DNA of 64,000 nucleotides from an uncultured Methanosarcinales archaeon (GCA_963798205.1 CAWCSK010000003.1:10360-74359); one strand, 5' to 3'; positions 34,336-45,993 are shown, numbered from the stretch's first letter. Notes: generated by a model from the letters alone, not told the origin. Numbers and translations: made by a program.

Positions 34336-37156
34336 TCATCCCCAAAACCTCTTCGTCCTGGCGTATTCTCTTTCCGCCTTCAGGATGTCCCTGTAGAACT
34401 CCAGCTCATCACTCTGCCGTTTTCCCACCACGCGTGCTGCCGTCTCCGGTCCCAGGCCCCGGCTTGCCAGCGCTATTGCGGCAGTTTTGCCGTAGCTCAA
34501 GACCAGATTGGCATTCCGGAATACTCTTTTTGTTCTGCGCTTCTCCTCGGCGGTCTTCTTCTTCTCCGGCTTCTTGACGACCTTGATCTCCTCCTCTTCC
34601 CAGGGCTTGAGTGCGGCCACCATACGAGATCCGCATATCGGGCACTCCGGCTGCTCCGGCACGCGTTCGACCTGGCGCATGGACTTCCACTTCTTGCAGT
34701 TCACGCAAAAAAGCAACACCCGGTCGTTCATGATCCTGTTCTTGAGAAGGTTGATGACGGCAGCATCGGCATGCTCCGGCGAGGTGACATCCCTTCCTCC
34801 ACCTCGACCACTGGTTCCTATAGGCGAGAGCCCGCTGGTCGTGATGGTGATCGTTCCATCCCGGATTTTCTCCAGCACCCATTTAGCCCGCTTTATATCC
34901 AGGCGGTCATGGTAGATCTCCCGCAACGCTTCGCGGTACATGGGTGTGCCCTCGAAGACGGCCAGAAGCTTCGCCATGCTCACCCTCTGGTAGTCCACGT
35001 CCCTGGAGAAGGCGCCGAACTTGCGGGCCACATGCACCATCTTCCAGCGCAGGAGGGTGGTGTTCTTCAGGGTCATCTCCAGGATGGGCTCGACGTATGT
35101 CGGGTCCAGATCAAGGATCATCTTCTCTATCTCCTCCGCCAGCAAGACCTTTGGCAGTGTCAGCTCGATTCGATAGGGATCAATCTGCAGGGCTACGCTG
35201 CTGCCAAAGCGAGCGGAAAGAATGGATGTGATGACCCTTCCCAGGGTATCATTGGTCTTGTGGCCAAAGCAAGCGTTGATGATGACACCTTCACCGCCGC
35301 TCTCCACAACTATGTTTGATTCATCAGGGACCGGCAGGTTCTTTTCCATCTGTTTTTTTATGAGGTCGACCAGCTCCTCTGCCGCTTCCTGGTCTACAGG
35401 ATACAACCCTTGCAGCTCTTCAATGGCAAGCGTGCTCCCGCCCTCACCCTTTTCCTACCTCGTCCTTTCTCCAGGGTCTCACGGATCCGCCGCCTGATCC
35501 GTCCGACCTCCTGCGCCACATCAAAGGGAACGGGAATCTCCTCGCCGGTCCAGCTGGGGATCTCGCCGCTGCGATGAATGGGCACGACCTTGATCTCGTT
35601 CTCTCCGATCTCAGTAATCTCCCAGATCTCACCCTTGGTGACGAAGGTGGCTCCGGGCTGGGCGAAGCTGATCACGAAAGCTTCATCCAGGGTTCCCACA
35701 GACCGCCGACCCACGATATCATAGACATTGAACCTCTTCTCATCCGGGATCATGGAGAGATTCTCAATGTAATACTCCCGCGCCTTGCGGGTTCTCTGCA
35801 AAATGCCGTTGTACTGTCGAACCAGCCTGTTCTCTTCCATCTGGTCGGCGACTCCTTGCATCTCATCGAGTGCCAGATCCCGGAAAGGGTAGGCTCTGCA
35901 TACAATCTGGTAGGCTCTTTTCCAGGCTGATATCTCCGAAATCCATCTCCAATCCCACAATCTGGTTGGCCAGGACGTCGGTGGGCTTCTCGTGGATCTG
36001 GATCGACTCTAACTCGGCTGCGCCTGCCCGCCGGGAGATAGCGCAGGCTTCTGCCACATCATCGGCGCAGGTGGCGATTATTGTCCCGGAAGAGATGAGG
36101 CCGATCTTGTGTCCTGAGCGGCCCACTCGTTGCAGCAACCTCGAAACCTCGCGCGGTGAACTGTACTGGATGACGTGATCCACATCGCCGATATCGATTC
36201 CGAGCTCCATGGACGATGTGCAGATGAGCCCCCGCAGGGCTCCGTCCTTGAAGGCTTCCTCCGCCTCCACCCGCGCTTCCACAGAGAGGCTGCCGTGATG
36301 GACGCCGATGGGCTCGCCCAGTTGCCTGAATCGTGAGCCCAAGAACCTCTGCCGCCTGGCGGGTGTTGACGAATATCAGGCACTTTCTGGTATGCACCAT
36401 TTCCCTGATCCAGCGAATCTGCGCCGCCAGGCGGGGATCGCACTCCAGATGGGCTTGCCATAGCATAATCCGGTCGTGTAGCCTGAGGGCTGACTACTCG
36501 AAAGTCGCTCGCCCTTTCCATCTCCGTCTGGACGATTTTGCAGGCACGACTTGATCCGACAAGCAATTTAGCCACGTCTTCTGGCGAGCCGACTGTGGCC
36601 GAGAGGCCGATACGCTGAAAGTCTCCTGCCAGCTCTGCCAGCCTCTCCAGGATCACGGCGAGCTGCGAGCCGCGCTTGGATGTGGCCATCTCGTGCACCT
36701 CATCAACTACTACGATCTTGGTGGTGGAAAGGTTTTGGCGAAGCGCTTGCCGGTCAGCATTATCTGCATCGTCTCTGGCGTCGTGATCAGCAAATCCGGG
36801 GGCTTGAGCGACTGCTTCCTCCGATCACTCTGGCTGGTGTCGCCGTGACGGACTGCTACGGTGATATGAAGCTGCTCTCCCCATTCATGAAAGCGGCGCA
36901 GCATATCCCTGTTCAGTGCGCGCAAGGGCGTGATGTATACTGCTTGGGTGCCCTTCCGCTCCCCTGCGAGAATCCGGTGGAAGATCGGCAAGCTCGCAGC
37001 CTCGGTCTTGCCGGTGCCGGTGGGCGCTATGAGTAGCACGTTTTCTCCAGCCAGAATTGCCGGTATGGCTTGCTCCTGCGGCAGCGTTGGCTCGGTAATA
37101 GACTACTCCACTAGCCTCGACCTGATCTGGCTATCAAGCTGATCAAAAGCGTTCAC
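34336..37156 (-). CDS. lhr: Lhr-type ATP-dependent DEAD/DEAH helicase (several frameshifts, in-frame TAG at codon 18)
   Basis: [54 protein letters not shown]-terminal CxxC...CPICGS. Confidence 0.93.
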
Positions 37157-37697
37157 AAATGGTTATTTCCTGGAATCGGGTATGAAAACCTTGCGGCAAA
37201 TTCGACAAATGATTACGTCGATAAACGATTGCGATAAGCCTTTGAGGAAAGGTGTTTCATATTTATGGAAGGGTTGTTTTATTCGGCTGTTTCATTCGTC
37301 TCGCTTGAAGAATGTCCATGAAATTCCCTTTCGAGCCGCTAAATACAAATTCGCGGCAGGTATCATATTTAATTTTTGTGAAGACTACTAAACCCGTCGC
37401 TATTGTGCTCTTAGCAGATGATTGCAACTACCTTACCATCGGAATAGGCGATTTTTTCATTTTAAGATGCGATTAAAGTCTTATTTATCTATCGAACCAA
37501 TATCAACAAATATTTTAAAAAACAGAACCATTAAATGCATATGGATGATCTTCTAAACCTTCCTTGACCTTTAATTTTGGAGTTGTTCGAAGTTCGTTGC
37601 ATGGTCGTTCGGTCCTATCTTTTTATATCGTTCAAAGAAAGATGCATGTACAGGAAACTTCTCAATGGAGAAATGATCCTGAGTGGAGGTATATTAA

Positions 37698-38323
37698 ATG
37701 AATTACGTTAAGTTCTTAGTGGCATTGGCCGCTATATGTGTTCTTATTATCCCGGCCTTTTCAATGCCGGACAATGGAATAGGAAAGGATGCCAACCAGA
37801 TGTGGCAGGGTCAAGATGGCAAGCAGATCCAGGGCCAGGATAATACTCAAAAGACCTGTGGCTGCCAGAATTCTATGATGGGCCAAGACAGCGCTCAGAA
37901 GACCTGCGGCTGCGAGAAGTCCATGACAGGCCAAGATGGCAAGCAGTTGCCCCAGGGCCAGGACAACACCCAGAAGACCTGCGGCTGCGAGAAGTCCATG
38001 ATGGGCCAGGATGGCAAGCAGATGCCCCCCATGATGGGCCAAGACGGCAAGAAGAAGACCTGCGGCTGCGAGAAGTCCATGATGGGCCAAGATGGCAAGC
38101 AGATGCCCCCCATGATGGGCCAGGATGGCAAGAGAAGACCTGCGGCTGCGAGAAGTCCATGATGGGCCAGGATGGCAAGCAGAAGGCATTCGGCTGCGAG
38201 AAGTCCATGATGGGCCAGGACGGCAAGAAGATGGACCATAAGAATGTGAAGTCCATGATGGGCGGCAGGGAAAAGGGCGAAAATGCTGGCGTCAAATTAG
38301 TTGTAATCAATATAAAGGTTTAG
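37698..38323 (+). CDS. Secreted Cys/Met-rich tandem-repeat protein (frameshift near 38130)
   Basis: Signal peptide; GGAGGT RBS; five KTCGC..SM(M/T)GQD repeats plus one AFGC variant. Confidence 0.8.
37850..38260 (+). repeat. Coding tandem repeats aagacctgcggctgcgagaagtccatgatgggcca(a/g)ga(t/c)ggcaag
   Basis: About six near-identical units visible directly in the DNA. Confidence 0.9.
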
Positions 38324-38335
38324 GTTTATTAGGAA

Positions 38336-38375
38336 AGATCAGTGAAAATATCACTGATCATCCACTTTTTTGGAT
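38336..38375 (+). terminator. Hairpin and T-tract after the repeat gene
   Basis: gatcagtga-aaata-tcactgatc followed by a T6 run. Confidence 0.55.
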
Positions 38376-38506
38376 GATGAATTTCATAGTGGTGGATAAA
38401 AAATAAAGTTGGTAATTCAACATCCAACATAAGAACGAGCAGCAGTTTAAAAAATAAGCAATAAATTGAACGAAATTGAAACTAATTGACTAAGGGGAAA
38501 ACTGAT

Positions 38507-39238
38507 ATGAAAAATGGTTATTGTTTAGCGGCATTGATGCTGTTAATGTGCAGCAGCACGCTGCTGGTCGCATCCGCCCAGGATCAGGTCGTTACTGACG
38601 GTCCATGTATACGAAGGGGACTTCAATGGGAGCCTGCTTTCGGGTGTCACGGTAATTGGACAGGACGCGGCGGGCAGCAGCTTTCAAACAGTTACAGATT
38701 CGAACGGAGCTGCGATGGTCTCAGGACAACCGGGTGCCTGGCAGTTTACATTTGCAAAGGACGGATATGACCCCTGACTCTAAATTATGATGTCACGGCG
38801 ACCGGTGATGGTTCTGTCTATCTCCAAAAAGCCACTCCTACGCCTACTCCTGCGCCTTCTGTGGATAATGTCGCTCTGACGATCTACGTTCATGAAGGGG
38901 ACCTTAACGGGACGATACTATCGGGAGTCCAGGTCACAGGACAGGATGCAGCAGGCAACAGTTTCCAAGGGTTTACGGACTCAAATGGATTGGTGGTCGT
39001 TAGCGGACAGCCTGGAACCTGGCAGTTCAATTTCACTAAAGAGGGTTATAGCCCCCTCAGCTTGAATTACGATGTCACTCAAACGGACGAAGGTGCAGTC
39101 TATCTGGTAAGTGCTGATCAGTCTCAAGGGTATCAAGAAGGGGCCGTCTCCTCCCAACCGGATCTACAGATTAATCCAGCAACATCCTGGACCCAATCCA
39201 GCCAGGCTGGCGATGCTAAGAGAACGTATCAGAATTGA
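38507..39238 (+). CDS. Secreted protein with two carboxypeptidase-regulatory-like beta-sandwich repeats (frameshifted)
   Basis: Signal peptide; duplicated V(H/Y)EGD.NG..LSGV.V.GQDAAG.SF...TDSNG...SGQPG.WQF module. Confidence 0.7.
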
Positions 39239-39526
39239 TGTCGATCGAGGATCTTGGAAGCATTCTGATCGATTAACAATTTTTTTTAGATTTGGTTTTC
39301 TTTTTGATTCTTGCTCAACTCTACCGGATCCAGCCTTGCGTCTTAGTCTTGCTCTTACGGGATTCAGCCCGCCGCCGGAGGGCAGGGTGCGCTTCTTATG
39401 GCCCAAGGCCGTCGACCGTTCTCCGCTACAATGGAATCGCGGCTGTTTGCCGTCTAGGCTTCTCAAACACGTTCAAGGAAAAGGCAAAGCTTCATAGATT
39501 GTTCCCCGCGGACGCGGGGTCAGGGG

Positions 39527-39767
39527 GGCCGCCACGGCCTTGAGTGGGCCCCGTCACCCAAGCGCGTAACACCCGCGCGGAACCCCGGAAGAAGTGGTGG
39601 GATCAATTTTTGCGGCTTAGATGAAAGATACGCCAATGTCATTCAACTGCAGACTGGACAGAGTAGATGCAGACGAGGACAGCATCTCCTTCTTCCGGGG
39701 TTCCGCGAGTCGGCCCTGCGGGCCTCCCGCGCTATGGTGGGGGCGCCGCTCAAGGCCGCGGCCGGCC
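39527..39767. repeat. Long GC-rich imperfect inverted repeat
   Basis: 19-bp perfect IR at 39576-39594 / 39689-39707, extended by ~30-bp similar outer arms. Confidence 0.85.
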
Positions 39768-39855
39768 GAGCGACGGTGGTTAAGCTGCAGACTATTAGTA
39801 TGCATCCAATGTCTTGTCGAAAATCTGCAAAAAAAAGTTGACTCTCCTATCCCAC

Positions 39856-40560
39856 TCATCCTCTCATGAACTTATCCCAGACCTGGTAGTGCTCTTTCAG
39901 CACCGTGCAGATTTCCTCCATCATCGCGAAAGGTATGCCTATCACGACGTCCTCATCCTCCAGCCCGGCGTTCTTCGCAGATCCGTCGCAGCCCAGAGAG
40001 AAGTTCACCTCGCCTTTGAGGTAAGGGGAAGCGGTGGCATCCACGCAGAAGGACTGAATTCCGGCTGTGTTGAAGGTGGAACGACCTCCCTTTTTGTACT
40101 CGACCGCCTGGACGATTCTCCTGGCAGTAAGTGGATTCCCCACAAATATCACTACATCCGGGTTCATCACCATCTTGTCCAGCGGGGCGACGTAAGTGGC
40201 GACTGTGCTGCCGGGAAGAAGGCGGGGCATGGATGCTGCGATGTTGGAGCCCACATCGCGGGTCTCGCACTTGTGCAATTTATCGAAGTACAGAGATCCG
40301 GATTTGATGTTCTCGGGACATGCCTCCAGACCGAGGCCGGATGAGCCTCCCTTGCATTCGTGGTAGTCCGCGTGCGCCAGGAAGCTGGTTCCCTGGAGCC
40401 TTGCGGCCTGGACCATGGAGCAATACCGGAAGGGCCTCTCAATCTGGTCGAGATCTTTGGGGATCTCCTCCTCGCTCTTGAACAATCGCACGCCTACGAT
40501 ATTGTCATGGATTCCTAAGGAGGACTTCAATACATCCGACATCTCTTCAAGATTCATCAT
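39856..40560 (-). CDS. DUF169 domain protein
   Basis: VGVRLF, RYCSMVQAAR, PDVVIF, GIQSFCVDA, SLGCDGS, VIGIP. Confidence 0.85.
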   Translation of the reverse strand: MMNLEEMSDVLKSSLGIHDNIVGVRLFKSEEEIPKDLDQIERPFRYCSMVQAARLQGTSFLAHADYHECKGGSSGLGLEACPENIKSGSLYFDKLHKCETRDVGSNIAASMPRLLPGSTVATYVAPLDKMVMNPDVVIFVGNPLTARRIVQAVEYKKGGRSTFNTAGIQSFCVDATASPYLKGEVNFSLGCDGSAKNAGLEDEDVVIGIPFAMMEEICTVLKEHYQVWDKFMRG

Positions 40561-40723
40561 AATACACCGGAGAATAAGTGGTTAAGATGGCATTTCTCAC
40601 TTGCGCTCTGGCGCGGGCATTTAAGGGTGATGGAGATGGCGCTTTGAATGATTTCAGGCTTTGCCAAAAGTGGGATTATAAGGAGACTGTGATCCGATCG
40701 TTATGAGGGAAAAATTGGGGTTT

Positions 40724-41161
40724 TCAGGCCCCTTGTGATTCTTTGGGATAGCGGGAGACGATATTGCCCGCGGCATCCATCAAAGTTGCCACGTCCCCTG
40801 AGTTGTTCCAGATAGGTGTTTTCTTGTTCCAGAAGAGGTCTGCAGAGGTATCATTTCCAAAACCGGTTCGGATCTTGGCTTTGGCACCTGCTTTGAGACT
40901 GAAATCCGGGATGGTAAATGTGTGGTTCTGTGCATCCTCAAGAGTCCAACCGGTAAGATTCTCATCCGAAGTACCGTTATTGGAGATTTCCACCCATTCC
41001 TCATTCAGGTTTTCCTTCTCCGGGCTGGGAGCTATGAAATTAGCATTGCTTATGGCGATCTGGCGATCTATGCTGCTGTTCTCTTCCTGACCTAGTGCCG
41101 TCCCAATGAACAGGACGACGAGGGAGAAGATAAGCGTCCCTGTAAATATTCGGTTATTCAT
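40724..41161 (-). CDS. Secreted lamin-tail-domain protein
   Basis: EEWVEISN...LTGWTLED...IWNNSGDVATL. Confidence 0.88.
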   Translation of the reverse strand: MNNRIFTGTLIFSLVVLFIGTALGQEENSSIDRQIAISNANFIAPSPEKENLNEEWVEISNNGTSDENLTGWTLEDAQNHTFTIPDFSLKAGAKAKIRTGFGNDTSADLFWNKKTPIWNNSGDVATLMDAAGNIVSRYPKESQGA

Positions 41162-41771
41162 CTCTATTTCACCTATACACATCTTATTTAATTTTAGTAT
41201 GTTCTGTACTGAGCAAACTTCTGTATATAAATTTTTCTAAAGAGTAGTGTCACTTTGGAGCTTACTATATTTTTATCACTTCTATATGATATCTCAAAAA
41301 GTGGCATCCGTAGCTATTGGGCGTAGCATCAATGTACAATCGTGGATTTATTTACTGAAGAATTGGCCGATGGTTTGCCAACAAATTATTTCAGTTTCTG
41401 CTGTAAACCTGCGCGAAATAGTGACCGCATGTCAATAGCCTACCAGCCCCCAGGTGCCCGCAATCGGCTCCGCGACCGCTGACCCCGGGGCCACGCACGC
41501 GCGCGAGCGAGCCCGGGGCCGCGTGGGAGGGCCAGGCAGTTGGATGGACTGCGCCAGCATCAAACTGGGTCAAAGTCCACAGAGTACCCACATTGAGAAT
41601 AACTACAAACTGGAAAGCCATAGTAATCAGAGCTTTGCCACTGGAAATATTGACGCGCTTAATAGTTCTTTATTCGTTGGATGGCCAAGTCTTGGGCAAA
41701 GGGAAGTGGCAGCCACGTATGCGCCTCTTGTGCGCCACACGAATATATCAGTTGCAACAAAATAGTTGGTC

Positions 41772-42322
41772 ATGAGCGATGATATAATTTGCGAAAAGGC
41801 TATCGAAATTCTCAATCCCGGGCGGCTCTATTTTGCCATCAAAGCCATGAGGAAAACGCCCGTCAAGATATCGTTTGACATGGGCGACTTGAATATATCA
41901 TCGGGAGCCGTCTCTTCCCTCATAAGTATTGAGGGCAAACTGCCGGAAGAAGTGCGCACCATGGAGTGGCAAGTCTCGCTGGAGGACCTGAAGATCCTGG
42001 AGGATTTGATCCCGCAGGATACATATTATTGGGAGAACAGGGCACTGGTCTGGAGTGGCAGTGCGATCTGATTGTTAGCAGCACAATCGATGAAATAAGC
42101 CCTCTGGACTCCATCGAGCAGGAAGAGGAGTACAAAGATCAGCTCCTGATCACCAACAAAGAGTATCGTGAACTGCAAATGGCACTGGATGACTGCAACT
42201 CGCACATACCTCAGGTCCTCTTTTCGATCTATCCCGACCGGCTCAATTTTGCCGTCAATTGCTCTGAGCACGATGAAATCGTAGGAACGATGATCCAGTT
42301 GAAGAGCCAGAAAGAGGAGTGA
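41772..42322 (+). CDS. Hypothetical protein, possibly a divergent sliding-clamp-like fold (frameshift near 42060)
   Basis: Two ORF pieces join to ~180 aa; acidic; pattern loosely PCNA-like. Confidence 0.55.
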
Positions 42323-42447
42323 CAAAATTCATAAAATTTTTTTGTTCGCATCATTTTGATTAATTTTGATTGATGAACCAAAAATATGGGATGTGCTGCC
42401 ACTGAATGCAGCACAGGGTCGTGTACAGAATTTCCTGATTCTAGTAT

Positions 42448-43151
42448 CTAGTACTGAATTTGTCTTGCCAGCGGGTCGACATATCCGGTTGATACTGGTT
42501 GCGGCGGAGATGTCGTATGAGGATATCACACTGCCCGTAGCATCCTGGAGAGCGACAACATTGTCGATCCATAGAGGCGCTGTGCTGTTGGTGTACATAT
42601 CGGTAGCAGTGCCGGAGCCGTTGCCCTCATGCACTTTGACCGACATGCCGTTGTCCAGCGAGAACGCCGGGAAGGTATAGGTTGCATTTCCTGCCGAGAC
42701 CAGCTTCCATCCTGTCAGGTCCCAGGCGCCTACGGCCAGGTTGGCTATCTGGACATACTTGTCGCCCACTGTATTTACTTTGGTGATGTTGACCTTCACG
42801 GAAGGAGCGGGAACGCCTGCCTCACGGCTGAATACTACATTCGTGTCTGCGGCTTTTGTCACATCTGAGTATCCGCTCTGTATTTTCTCACCCAGGACGG
42901 CGTTAGCTCCACTGGTATAGTTGGAGAGCTGCTTGAATCTTGTTGCTGGCTCTTGAGTTGGGACAGCGGGTGCCGTCTCCGTAACATTTTGTGGAGCGGC
43001 ATATGCTTGTGGCCTCAGTAGCATTCAAAGTGTCAATGGCGTTTGTTGCATTTGTGGCATTCGTGACATTGAGTGCATCCAGCGACAGGACCTGACCTGC
43101 CGAGAAAGTCATCAATATCGCTAATAGTATGAACATACTTGTACTTCTCAT
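42448..43151 (-). CDS. Secreted lamin-tail-domain protein with N-glycosylation sequons (frameshifted)
   Basis: Signal peptide, NVTNATNAT, YVQIAN...DLTGWKL...YTFP. Confidence 0.8.
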
Positions 43152-43335
43152 ATCCTTACCTCTATCAAATCGTAATCTCAGAAAAATATAAGCCTTTCTA
43201 AAAATTGCTTTGTATTCATCAATTATGCTGACTGATTAATGCCCGCGCTTCAGGATAAAAATGTTGACTGGCAGGGGAAACCCAACTCAGAATTCGCCCA
43301 AAGGACGGTTTCAAAGTTCCTGCCCGGGTACAATA

Positions 43336-43565
43336 CTAAGCCTTGACAGGCTCAGTCATATTGATTGTTGCGTTCTCGGCGATGATGGTCACGTTTCCAG
43401 TCGCGTTGATGGTTACGTTCCCAGTCGCATTCATAGTTGCGTTCTCGGTGGCGTTCTCTGTTGCGTTCTCTGTCATCATGCAGCCTTAACCTCACTGAAG
43501 GCAACTCCCACAGAGAGAGCCATCAGGAGAGCGAAGAGCATGAATCCATTTGATATTTTGCTCAT
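43336..43565 (-). CDS. Small secreted N-x-T repeat glycopeptide (frameshift near 43480)
   Basis: Signal peptide MSKISNGFMLFALLMALSVGVAFS joined to MMTENATENATENATMNATGNVTINATGNVTIIAENATINMTEPVKA*. Confidence 0.7.
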
Positions 43566-43856
43566 TGCAAACACTCCATTTACTTTATGGTGCGTATTAG
43601 GACGTAGATCTGAATTTAAACTTTTCTCCAGGATGGATCTATATAATATATAGTGCGATGACCATTTGTCAATCGGGACTGTGTTTTCCCCATAGAAATA
43701 TGGATTAACACAAAAAATATAGCTGATATTTCTTTCAACATTTAGAGATATGCCAAGAATGAAATTATCCACTGTGGATGGCACAGGGCACTATCCTTGA
43801 AAACGAAATTCGTGGAGCAGAAGCCAGCATTCGATTCCATGTCCTATTTCATTTCA

Positions 43857-45205
43857 TCAATCAACTTCTCGGTAGAGCTTGCAGCTCTCGATGAATCGAT
43901 CTGTCGAAAAGGAATAAAAGTGTGCATGCAGGTACCCGCCAAGGGTATTGTGTTCCACCAGGCCATCCCGGCCGTCAACGATTCCTTTGCCCCTGCATAA
44001 GCCTGTATGCATAGGATGCGTCTCTATCGCAAACACAGCGCGAGTAATGAAACTCGTGCCCGCGAATGGTTTGACCCATCTTCGCTATGGGATTTTGCCC
44101 TGTTACCTCTGCTTTCACATACCCCAGCGCCACAAGCCGCTTCTCCATTATAGTCGTGCAGGGCAGGGCGCCCACCATTCTAAAGGAGCCCGTCTCCGAC
44201 TCTATGCCTTGACCCAGATACATCAGGCCGCCGCACTCTCCATAGATAGGCATGCCGTCTTCAGAGGCTGACTTTATCTGCCTGAGGGCGGGAGCCGTTT
44301 CCAGCCTGGAGGCATGGAGTTCAGGATAGCCTCCACCAATGTACAGGCCATCCACATCCGGCAGACTGTCCCGCAGAGGGCTGAAAGAGACCAGCTCTGC
44401 GCCTCGTCTCTCCAGCTCGCGCAGGTTCTCATAATAATAAAAACAGAAGGCTTCATCCTCCGCAATGCCTATGCGCACCGATTTTTCTCTCCGTGCTGTC
44501 TCCCTCTGAAGCCGGAACGGGTTTGGCGGAGAGCAACAGGATCTCATCAATGGACGCATTCTCTTCCAGAAATGAGGCCAGAGAGTCCGAATCGTGCTCC
44601 TTCTCAAAACCCATCACCAGGCCCAGGTGACGGCTTTTCATCTCCATCTCCTTTTCTCGGGGCAAAGCTCCATAGACTGGCTTTTTCAGGCAGCTTTTGA
44701 GCATGGCAAGATGGCGGTCGCTTCCTACTCGATTCAGTATCGTTCCCACCAGACGCACTTTTGGGTCAAAGCCGGCAAAGCCCATCTCCATGGCAGCGGC
44801 GCTGCGCGACATGCCGTGCACATTAATGACCAGGAGAGTCGGAATGTCCAGGATCTTGGCCACCTGTGCAGTGCTGCCCATGTCAGTCCCATCCATGCCG
44901 TCGTAGAGCCCCATTACACCCTCAACCACAGCCACGTCTGCTCCTTTAAGGGCAGAGCTGAAGGAGCGACGCACGCCATCCTCGCCCATCATAAAGGGGT
45001 CAAGATTGAGAGAAGGGCGACCGCAAATGGCCGTATGGTGGGATGGGTCGATGAAGTCCGGACCGACCTTGAAGGGCTGGACCTTCAGGCCACGCTTTCG
45101 CAGAGCGGCCATGAGGCCCAGGGTAACGGTGGTCTTGCCGACGCCGCTGTGGGTGCCCGCGATGAGCACAGCCGGGATCTTCGACAACGTATCTGACGGG
45201 CTCAT
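43857..45205 (-). CDS. cbiA: Cobyrinate (or Ni-sirohydrochlorin) a,c-diamide synthase (frameshifted)
   Basis: SGVGKTT, FKVGPDFIDP, VEGVMGLYDG, SRHLGL, GGGYPEL, YGECGGLMYL, GHEFHYS; CbiA vs CfbB not resolved. Confidence 0.85.
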
Positions 45206-45246
45206 AAAATGTCCTTCCTCCGGCAAGGATATTAACACGCTGGAAG

Positions 45247-45993
45247 ATGTTTTTCGACATGCTGGTTGGCGTAATTAAGAGAGGAAAATATGGCGAACGC
45301 TTGCTGGAGACCATAAAGACCAGGACGGACTTCCAGACGGTCTCAGTTGACGTGCCCGAGGTGCTGCCGGGCTTCATCGAGGACCCGGAAGAGTTTATCA
45401 GGGAACTAAACCTCGACCCCAAGATCTTCCAGGCGGATCTGCTCATCCTCTACACCTTTCACCCAGACCTGACTCCGGAGATCGTGCGCCTGGCAGGCCG
45501 GGGTGGGGTTAAAGCGGTCATAATTCCCGGCGGCATCGGCCGGGCCGGCTCCATTGGAGAGCTGGAAAAGATCGCCGAAGAGTACAACATCCATATCGAG
45601 GTGGATGAGATCTGTTGCACTCTGGAGGAATGCGGAAATCCGACCATCGACGAGTTCGCGAAGCAACTCGGCAAGCCCGAACTGGAGGTGGAGACAAAGG
45701 ATGGACGCATCAGCAATGTCCGGGTTTTGCGCGGCTCGCCCTGCGGTGCGACCTGGCATGCTGCGCTGGGCGTTGTAGGCAAAACAGTGGACGAGGCGCC
45801 TTCCATGACCGGCCTGTTCTGCCAGCAGTACCCCTGTCGCGCCGTGCGAGGGGGCCCTGGCGGCATCCACACCTCCGGAGACCTGCATAAAGATGCCATG
45901 GAGAGGGCTCTGGGTAAGATCACACAGCTAAGACTGCCGGAACAGTCCAAGCCCATCAAGATCGAGCCGGGAAAGAGTGGAGAGAAGGCATGA
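45247..45993 (+). CDS. DUF166 domain protein
   Basis: HPDLT, ICCTLE, VLRGSPCGAT, QYPCRA, IHTSG. Confidence 0.8.
   Translation: MFFDMLVGVIKRGKYGERLLETIKTRTDFQTVSVDVPEVLPGFIEDPEEFIRELNLDPKIFQADLLILYTFHPDLTPEIVRLAGRGGVKAVIIPGGIGRAGSIGELEKIAEEYNIHIEVDEICCTLEECGNPTIDEFAKQLGKPELEVETKDGRISNVRVLRGSPCGATWHAALGVVGKTVDEAPSMTGLFCQQYPCRAVRGGPGGIHTSGDLHKDAMERALGKITQLRLPEQSKPIKIEPGKSGEKA

Noticed and set aside
37850-38260. Regularly spaced repeats as a CRISPR array
   Set aside because: The repeats are in-frame coding units with similar rather than unique spacers, and there are no cas genes
39330-39780. SRP RNA, RNase P RNA or tRNA
   Set aside because: No recognisable SRP helix-8 motif, RNase P GAGGAAAGUCC core or cloverleaf/T-loop
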